IMG/VR virus record: IMGVR_UViG_3300044655_001017
Length of the DNA stretch: 64,000 nt
Direction: 5' to 3' (one strand)
Source of the DNA: a virus
Taxonomy: Duplodnaviria; Caudoviricetes
In this document: positions 58,276 through 64,000 of the stretch, piece by piece
How positions within the stretch are numbered: position 1 is the stretch's first letter
Layout: every line of letters begins with the position of its first letter
The notes under the pieces: generated by a model
The model's input: only the letters and a program-made list of their open reading frames with translations
What the model was told of the DNA's origin: nothing
Database searches by the model: none
Made by a program: the position numbers and the translations under genes

Positions 58276-58518
58276 TTATTCGGATTTGCTAATCTGTTGG
58301 CCAAAGCTAATTAAGTAATTACCAAAACATCCGCGCTGTATCATTAGTTTAGTATCAGCGTCTGGTGCTAAGGTCCTAGCAGTTTCCATACATTGATGAA
58401 ATTGTTCACCCTCTGGTGAATCATCTGGGATTGAATACGCCCATATACCAAATATCAATACAGTTGCAGTAATGATATACGAGAAGATGTTGATAGCGGT
58501 AATTACGTGTTGTTTCAT
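58276..58518 (-). CDS. Small membrane-anchored protein
   Basis: N-terminal TM helix, two Cys. Confidence 0.55.
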   Translation of the reverse strand: MKQHVITAINIFSYIITATVLIFGIWAYSIPDDSPEGEQFHQCMETARTLAPDADTKLMIQRGCFGNYLISFGQQISKSE

Positions 58519-58531
58519 GTGTTCCTTTTAG

Positions 58532-58807
58532 TTATTGAATTCGGTAGCTAAAGCGATAGTCCGCATTAGGATCAATTTTGCGCATTTGCGCTCTAGTGTC
58601 AGTTCTTGGAAGATGAATCTGTTTGGGGGCTTGTGCTTGTACACAACAGGTCACTTCTAATTTAGTTGGGCATACTTCGTATAGGCTTTCACCTGAACAA
58701 CGAACGTGTGCATAAAACCCAGTAGGGTCTTTATAAGCTGGAATAGTAACTAATGGATCAGCCATTACGTTGGATGTTAGAGCTAATGCTAGTAATACAC
58801 GTTTCAT
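58532..58807 (-). CDS. Small secreted Cys-rich protein
   Basis: Signal-like MKRVLLALALTSNVMA; four Cys. Confidence 0.55.
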   Translation of the reverse strand: MKRVLLALALTSNVMADPLVTIPAYKDPTGFYAHVRCSGESLYEVCPTKLEVTCCVQAQAPKQIHLPRTDTRAQMRKIDPNADYRFSYRIQ

Positions 58808-58810
58808 ATC

Positions 58811-58972
58811 TTACTCCCAAGTGTGTTCTACCGTTTGCTCAGTGTCAATGACATCTTGCATTTCGTCTAACATATCTGTTAGTTCTTTATCTGAATACAA
58901 GCCTGGGTTCTCAATATAAGACATTGCACGATCTAATAATTGGATTAACTCGTTACGTGTGTAGTTTGGCAT
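58811..58972 (-). CDS. Small acidic protein (53 aa)
   Basis: AAGGAG RBS; absent from ORF track. Confidence 0.55.
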   Translation of the reverse strand: MPNYTRNELIQLLDRAMSYIENPGLYSDKELTDMLDEMQDVIDTEQTVEHTWE

Positions 58973-58982
58973 AGTAGTCTCC

Positions 58983-59183
58983 TTAAAGTGATTGGATTGC
59001 TTGTTCTAAGTATGCAAAGGTAACTGTTTTTTTAGTACCCTTAGGTAATCCTAACAACTGGCAAGCTAAGGTGTTAGCTGATTTGCCGCGGCCCTTTAAT
59101 CCCTTAATCTCTAAGCCTAGTGCAGACTTTAAGGTTAGCAGTTTGTACTTGTTAATCTGTTCCGGGGTAGTTAAGGCGTACAT
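58983..59183 (-). CDS. Small basic early protein
   Basis: Promoter 59218-59246, GGAGCA RBS. Confidence 0.6.
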   Translation of the reverse strand: MYALTTPEQINKYKLLTLKSALGLEIKGLKGRGKSANTLACQLLGLPKGTKKTVTFAYLEQAIQSL

Positions 59184-59253
59184 TGTTGTGCTCCGCATTG
59201 TGTGTTAGTAAGTGCATAGTATAACATACTATGCACTGGTATGCAAGTGGTAA

Positions 59254-59451
59254 TTAAGCCGTACACTCTCTAAGTACAGTGAGGTTAGCAAGGCAATGGT
59301 TACACAAAGTTTCTAAATTTGACATTGCAGTATTACGAGGATTACCATCTTTAAACCATAAGATTAATTCAGGTTTACTAGCATTACACACATAGCCTAA
59401 ATTACTATCACAATGGTCTTTTCTTAATGATCTAAATTTTACAGCAGTCAT
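59254..59451 (-). CDS. Degenerate HNH-like Zn-binding protein
   Basis: LWFKDGNPRNTAMSNLETLCNHC resembles DHIDGNxxNNxxxNLxxLCxxC without the His. Confidence 0.5.
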   Translation of the reverse strand: MTAVKFRSLRKDHCDSNLGYVCNASKPELILWFKDGNPRNTAMSNLETLCNHCLANLTVLRECTA

Positions 59452-59459
59452 GTTACCTC

Positions 59460-59900
59460 CTATAGTAGAGTTAAAATTGGGTCTGGCTTACATGGTTGAT
59501 CAATGCGCTCTAACGGCCTAAAGTAATTGCTAACAACCAACTTAAGATGGTTAGGCTTCTTAATTACAGAAGCTATAGTCGCAGAGGTACTGCCCATACG
59601 GCGCCCATATATCTCATCTATTGGAAAGTCTTCAGAGTCAACCCCAGAGTCCTGTAACTGCTCAATGAAGTCTTCTAATCGTTGTGCAGTGTCATCAGTG
59701 AACGTCTGTAGCCATGCTTTTTGTTTACAAATCATATCCCACACAATAACAGCTTCGTTGTGCCACATCTCATTAATTAAGACTTCAAGCCACTTAGCTT
59801 CGTGTGTGTTATGTTCTGCAAGCCATTGCCGATCCTTAAACAACGTGTTCCAATCAGCAAAGTCAGTTTTGATATTTACGTTAACTGTGTTTTTACTCAA
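59460..59900 (-). CDS. Hypothetical early protein (TTG start)
   Basis: Promoter 59933-59961, GGAGCA RBS. Confidence 0.6.
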   Translation of the reverse strand: MSKNTVNVNIKTDFADWNTLFKDRQWLAEHNTHEAKWLEVLINEMWHNEAVIVWDMICKQKAWLQTFTDDTAQRLEDFIEQLQDSGVDSEDFPIDEIYGRRMGSTSATIASVIKKPNHLKLVVSNYFRPLERIDQPCKPDPILTLL

Positions 59901-60146
59901 AGTATGCTCCTTTTTGTTGTTAGTAAGTACATAGTATAACAAAATTGCTATTGGATAGCAATTGGTCCATATTCATTGCGTGTTGCGCGTTTTTTAAAAG
60001 CAATGCTACGCTATAACTTTATAATTTAAGCGTTGGACACCAGCGTTTAAAACGCGCATTTTTTAGTGGAAGTTGTTACAGTTTACACGTTAAAACGTGT
60101 AAAAATTATCTAAAAGTCGGACTATTTTGTGTAACCATTGTAGCCA

Positions 60147-60422
60147 TTAAGCTTCTGCCTCTTCCCAATGATAACTTATACTCGCATAGCCATTAGCCGC
60201 AGTGTTGTTTACAGCATTGTTTAAGTTAGTGATAAGAGACGCGATGCTCTTAGGTTTTTGATTGATCTTTTTGTTACCCGTTTCGTGTTGCCAGCTTGCG
60301 CCGCATTCCAATGTGTAAGCGTGTGCGTGGATTAGCACATCTAATTCTGCTGTTATCGCAGACGTAGTGCCGCTACGGTGACGAGTTGATACTACTCTAA
60401 ACATTTTTTTTGCTCTAGCCAT
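60147..60422 (-). CDS. Conserved phage hypothetical early protein
   Basis: YTLECGASW...GNKKIN..PKSI.SL..NLN; own promoter. Confidence 0.65.
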   Translation of the reverse strand: MARAKKMFRVVSTRHRSGTTSAITAELDVLIHAHAYTLECGASWQHETGNKKINQKPKSIASLITNLNNAVNNTAANGYASISYHWEEAEA

Positions 60423-60491
60423 AAGTTACTCCGCAGTTGTTGTTAGTAAGCGCATAGTATAACAAACTATGCGCTGGTATGCAAATAGTAT

Positions 60492-60815
60492 TTAGATCAC
60501 TTGCCTAACTAACTTTGATAGTTCAAATGAATCATAATCAAACTTAAAAGAATCATCATCTTCATATGGCTTTATCAGTTCTGAATAATACTCATCAGAA
60601 ATATCGTCATAGTCAAGAAACTCTAATCTAATACCGTCATTGTGAGTTTTAAATACCGCAATTGTATGAATAGGAAGCCAACCTTGTATAAAACAGTTAT
60701 GTAGCAATTCAAAGTTGTTACTATCTACATAGTATCTGATAAATCCTTCTTCCTGTTTTGGATAATAAAGAACGTTACGTTCAACTAAGGTTGTTACAAA
60801 CTCTGATAGTTCCAT
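60492..60815 (-). CDS. Hypothetical protein
   Basis: 107 aa, coupled operon. Confidence 0.6.
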   Translation of the reverse strand: MELSEFVTTLVERNVLYYPKQEEGFIRYYVDSNNFELLHNCFIQGWLPIHTIAVFKTHNDGIRLEFLDYDDISDEYYSELIKPYEDDDSFKFDYDSFELSKLVRQVI

Positions 60816-61108
60816 TATAAATAATCTCCCCAGCGGTTGGATAACAAGTTGTTACTGCCCATCATCATAATATCATAATTAAAGCTCTTAAAACTAGAGC
60901 CATCTAAGTGCCACGTATAGCCATAATCAACTGATGTAAAGTGTACTGATTCAGTATCGTCTTCAAGGTCTTCGTACAGCTTAACACTTACAATGGTGTT
61001 GTTGCGTAACTGAACTAATACACTACCTTGTTCTCTACACTTATCGGCTAACTTAGAAGTGAATACATTGTACTCGTCTTGTTTCACAGCCATTGCAGTG
61101 TTTATCAT
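60815..61108 (-). CDS. Hypothetical protein
   Basis: 97 aa, coupled operon. Confidence 0.6.
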   Translation of the reverse strand: MINTAMAVKQDEYNVFTSKLADKCREQGSVLVQLRNNTIVSVKLYEDLEDDTESVHFTSVDYGYTWHLDGSSFKSFNYDIMMMGSNNLLSNRWGDYL

Positions 61109-61443
61109 TATGCACCTATATCGTCATTAAGTCTAGGATCAACAAATACGTGTCCGCAATTCTCACACGCTTTTCCGTTTACTACATCAGTTGGAATCTC
61201 TTCTCCGCAATCTGGACATACACTGCCTTCATACGACTCGCGTATTACACGCGATTGGACTTCTTTGTGTATTAACCATAACGCGCTTGCTACAGACTCA
61301 GTTGCTTCATCAATTGAAGTAATAAGCTCGTCATTAGTGCCACTAACTAGTGTATCATATACAGTGTCAAGTATCTCTAATACATCGTGTAGTTTGCTTG
61401 CAATGTCGTCATTGCTCATAGGACTAGTATTCGTAGACATCAT
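61108..61443 (-). CDS. Protein with C-terminal Zn ribbon
   Basis: CPDCG...CENCGH. Confidence 0.65.
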   Translation of the reverse strand: MMSTNTSPMSNDDIASKLHDVLEILDTVYDTLVSGTNDELITSIDEATESVASALWLIHKEVQSRVIRESYEGSVCPDCGEEIPTDVVNGKACENCGHVFVDPRLNDDIGA

Positions 61444-61624
61444 ATCTCACTCTCTCAAAGTCATCATCAGCTTCGCGTGTGTCAAGTTCAATTGCAATCA
61501 TTTCCAGTTTAAGTTCATCGCCAACTGATCTTGATTGCATTTCACTGTACTGTTCAAACATGGCTTCAAGTTGTTCCCAACTCATAGCGGCTAGTTTGTT
61601 TTTGAATTGTTTGTAATAGTGCAT
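61424..61624 (-). CDS. Small acidic early protein
   Basis: Promoter 61657-61685, AGGAGC RBS. Confidence 0.6.
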   Translation of the reverse strand: MHYYKQFKNKLAAMSWEQLEAMFEQYSEMQSRSVGDELKLEMIAIELDTREADDDFERVRYDVYEY

Positions 61625-61691
61625 AACTGCTCCTGTTGTGTTAAACTAAAAACATATTATAGCAAAAAGTTATTTGATTTGCAAATGGTAT

Positions 61692-61832
61692 TTAAATCGT
61701 ATATAACAACACGCCGTTGCCCATATCAACTACGCCTGGTGCTGGAATAAGTTCATACTCATAAGAAGTGGTAGCATACATAAAGATTGCTAACAACACT
61801 AGGATTTCAATTAGGGTACGTTTAGTGAACAT
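61692..61832 (-). CDS. Small membrane/secreted peptide (46 aa)
   Basis: MFTKRTLIEILVLLAIF; absent from ORF track. Confidence 0.4.
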   Translation of the reverse strand: MFTKRTLIEILVLLAIFMYATTSYEYELIPAPGVVDMGNGVLLYTI

Positions 61833-61840
61833 ATGGTATA

Positions 61841-62065
61841 TTAATATGCCTTTGTGTAGTTGTGTCTGCTTAATGATGCAAAACGATTTACGCCATTAAT
61901 CCAAAATGGATCTGTTACTAGGCCATCGTTGTGTACTCGGTTAGCAAGTTTTTGAATTTGATCTGATTTTGGGGTAGGGGCGGCCCAAGAGGTGTCAAAC
62001 TCTAGGTCCATTACATATTTTTGATATATAGGCATTGAAGCCTTAATTGCTGAAATGTTTTGCAT
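61841..62065 (-). CDS. Hypothetical protein
   Basis: 74 aa, AAGGA RBS. Confidence 0.55.
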   Translation of the reverse strand: MQNISAIKASMPIYQKYVMDLEFDTSWAAPTPKSDQIQKLANRVHNDGLVTDPFWINGVNRFASLSRHNYTKAY

Positions 62066-62127
62066 CTTATTTTCCTTTTGTGTATTTACCGCGCATAGCT
62101 TTCACTATGCGCTGGCATACAAGACTG

Positions 62128-62541
62128 CTAGTCGTCTTGTTCTATTGCAAGTTGTTTACCTAGTTCCCATACCCATGTGCTGCCATCTTCACCTTCCCAC
62201 ATAATCTGACCTTTGATTAAATGAGATGCATGTTTAAAGAACAAGTCCTCCTGGCCACGCTTGCTATCGTACTCGCAAATTAGCACGTTACCCTCGTGAT
62301 CAAGTACAGTCTCAAACCCTAACTCAGTAAGTACGTCTTCAACTGATGTAACTGTTAGATCATAATTTGACGGCATCCATGAATACCACCATACCTTCTG
62401 TTCACCCTTGCTCCAACTTCCGCCACGCTTAAGATGATTGTTCTCTGGCTTGTTAAGATCTTTCCAAATCTGCAACACCTCGTCACGATTCTCGTTTAGA
62501 ATAACTGCTGTTGAGTGTTTAATTTTTACACAATACCCCAT
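62128..62541 (-). CDS. Conserved phage hypothetical protein
   Basis: 137 aa, MGY N-terminus, WEGEDG..W. Confidence 0.6.
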   Translation of the reverse strand: MGYCVKIKHSTAVILNENRDEVLQIWKDLNKPENNHLKRGGSWSKGEQKVWWYSWMPSNYDLTVTSVEDVLTELGFETVLDHEGNVLICEYDSKRGQEDLFFKHASHLIKGQIMWEGEDGSTWVWELGKQLAIEQDD

Positions 62542-62550
62542 GATGCTCTC

Positions 62551-62880
62551 CTAAGCGTAAATTAGTTCAATGCCGTATTTTGCACGGGCTTCGTTAATGT
62601 ATTCGTCAATGCCACTTAATGCAAAGATGTGTTGGTTCTCAACTACTTTAGCAGTAACCCTTGGATACTTGTGACTGTCAAGTTGGCGGCTATAGTCTTC
62701 ATACATTCTGTGTGTATAGAAGTTGCCCTCGCGTTTAGCAACGGATGCTGAAGTAACTACTGAACCCGATGCGCGTTTCATTGTTGTTAAAGTGAAGCAT
62801 AAGGTATCATCAAGCATTACACTTGATTCTGCTTTCCATACGCCGTGCATAGTTTTGCTAATTCTTGTTTCATGTAACAT
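62551..62880 (-). CDS. Conserved phage hypothetical protein
   Basis: 109 aa, GGAGCG RBS. Confidence 0.6.
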   Translation of the reverse strand: MLHETRISKTMHGVWKAESSVMLDDTLCFTLTTMKRASGSVVTSASVAKREGNFYTHRMYEDYSRQLDSHKYPRVTAKVVENQHIFALSGIDEYINEARAKYGIELIYA

Positions 62881-63066
62881 AACGCGCTCCTAAATTACTA
62901 TTAAAGTGATTACTAATACTACTAAAATTGCATCCACAATAGCAAACCCTAATGTGTAGTCGCCTGATGGAAATAACTTGTTGCGTAACGATTGCATATT
63001 GTGCTCCTAATTGTTTGTTAGTAAGCGCATAGTATAACAAACTATGCGCTGGTATGCAAGTGGTAA

Positions 63067-63225
63067 TTACTTCTTGCCTTCGAGCTGTAGCTCGTCGTAA
63101 CGTCCTAAGTTAAATGTCCATGTAGCATTACGATCATGTAACCAGTTAGCATACTTTGAAGGCATGAACATCATTAATGGGTGAACGATTACATTGTGAA
63201 CGAATTCTTTAAACCATTGTTTCAT
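63067..63225 (-). CDS. Small hypothetical protein (52 aa)
   Basis: MKQWFKEFVHNVIVHPL; absent from ORF track. Confidence 0.5.
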   Translation of the reverse strand: MKQWFKEFVHNVIVHPLMMFMPSKYANWLHDRNATWTFNLGRYDELQLEGKK

Positions 63226-63237
63226 ATTGTATTCCTC

Positions 63238-63519
63238 TTATTTGCTACGGGCCGCAACCCATACAGTAAATTCAGTTAGTGACATCTTATCATCTAACAC
63301 CATGTTATACACTTCTTCAACTGACAAGCCAGTGTTAACTTTGCTTGTTACTACTGGTACTAATGTAGTTAGGCCCACAATCATTGTTTTACCATTGTTA
63401 AACTCAATAGCTACATTCTTGCCGCCGGCTGGATGAAGCTCTCTAATTACTTGCAGGACTCCAGTTTCAACAATAACTGCATCACCTTTACGCAAATCGT
63501 TTACAAACTTATTAGCCAT
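63238..63519 (-). CDS. Hypothetical beta-rich protein
   Basis: 93 aa, coupled. Confidence 0.55.
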   Translation of the reverse strand: MANKFVNDLRKGDAVIVETGVLQVIRELHPAGGKNVAIEFNNGKTMIVGLTTLVPVVTSKVNTGLSVEEVYNMVLDDKMSLTEFTVWVAARSK

Positions 63520-63659
63520 TACACATCACCTTCTACAAGGAACCCTACTAATAGGTGTTCAGGAATAGCTGTTAACAGTTCTTCAATAGCTGTGTAGTCT
63601 TGGAACCTAACATCACTTACAATCTGTGCTAACGCTTTATCAACTAGTTCTTGATTCAT
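63519..63659 (-). CDS. Small hypothetical protein (46 aa)
   Basis: MNQELVDKALAQI; coupled to both neighbours. Confidence 0.5.
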   Translation of the reverse strand: MNQELVDKALAQIVSDVRFQDYTAIEELLTAIPEHLLVGFLVEGDV

Positions 63660-63940
63660 TCTGCATCCTCTTCTTCGTCTTCGTCTTCTTTAACTGGAGC
63701 AAGTTCTTCTGCTACTAACTTGTTCCATTCGCCTGAGTAGTCATTAGCTTTGATCCATTCAATCATTGCTTCAATGCAACCACTGTTGTCAGCTAGGAAG
63801 TTTTCTAATACGCCACCGTAGCCGCTATAGCCAATTGTTGTAATAATGTTCTTTAAATTGCGAACACCTCGCTCGCCTTCAAAGTGCCAAATGTCTTCTT
63901 GTTCAATGTACTGATCAAGTGTGTTACTAAATTTTGACAT
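63656..63940 (-). CDS. Acidic early protein
   Basis: 94 aa, promoter -10 at 63974, GGAGCA RBS. Confidence 0.6.
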   Translation of the reverse strand: MSKFSNTLDQYIEQEDIWHFEGERGVRNLKNIITTIGYSGYGGVLENFLADNSGCIEAMIEWIKANDYSGEWNKLVAEELAPVKEDEDEEEDAE

Positions 63941-64000
63941 AGTGTGCTCCAGTTATTGTGTAAGTAAAAACATATTATAGCAAACTGCTATTGATAACGC

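Larger units (their letters stand above)
40500..64000 (-). promoter_or_regulatory. Array of over 30 sigma70-type early promoters
   Basis: TTGC(A/T/G)N, TTTACA or TTGACA, 16-17 bp, TA(T/C)A(A/C)T often with TG extension; minus -10 boxes near 40512, 41584, 42278, 42765, 43019, 43161, 43251, 43763, 43851, 44221, 44857, 45367, 45890, 46912, 47463, 47743, 48103, 48453, 49260, 49543, 49701, 50623, 52033, 52286, 59218, 59933, 60456, 61657, 63031, 63974; plus at 40626, 41183, 41954, 43926. Confidence 0.85.

Noticed and set aside
936-63436. Many short ORF-track entries antisense to or overlapping long genes (e.g. 7489..7926, 19406..19621, 45351..45803, 59527..59934, 61079..61528)
   Set aside because: Shadow ORFs without RBS or promoter, opposite well-supported genes.
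1-64000. tRNA, rRNA, integrase or transposase genes
   Set aside because: No cloverleaf/T-loop signature or recombinase motifs recognised by eye; tRNAscan-SE would be needed for certainty.

Overview
A 64 kb segment of a large, AT-rich, T4-like (myovirus, probably jumbo) phage genome in the standard genetic code; no tRNA, rRNA or CRISPR seen. Bases 1-39.8 kb are core genes, mostly on +: oxygenase/NUDIX accessory genes, neck/tail (gp13/14/15, sheath, tube), gp4, a terminase large subunit fractured by an atypically split intein with a GIY-YIG endonuclease between the halves, gp32, UvsX/Y/W, a ~186-aa mini-DnaE, primase, helicase and two large PcfJ-like paralogues, with ATAAATA late promoters. After a non-coding junction (39.8-40.5 kb) comes a mostly minus-strand early region: over 30 sigma70-type promoters, each driving one or a few small ORFs. 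Most unusual signals: (1) 40.5-47.8 kb promoters, 5' coding ends and one entire 119-codon gene contain no GA, GG, TC or CC (one duplex rule), suggesting a sequence-specific DNA modification or targeting system; (2) three hairpins with different stems but an identical loop that is complementary to the phage GGAGCG ribosome-binding sites and resembles the 16S anti-SD; (3) CsrA/RsmA-consensus hairpins in early 3' UTRs; (4) a strand-polar AGCGGGG motif x12; (5) 23 translationally coupled mini Lcl/DUF1566 (C-type lectin-like) genes with hypervariable C-termini and no reverse transcriptase; (6) SutA-like RNAP-binding motifs. A gammaproteobacterial host is inferred, not shown. All family assignments are from motif recognition; no database searches were run.
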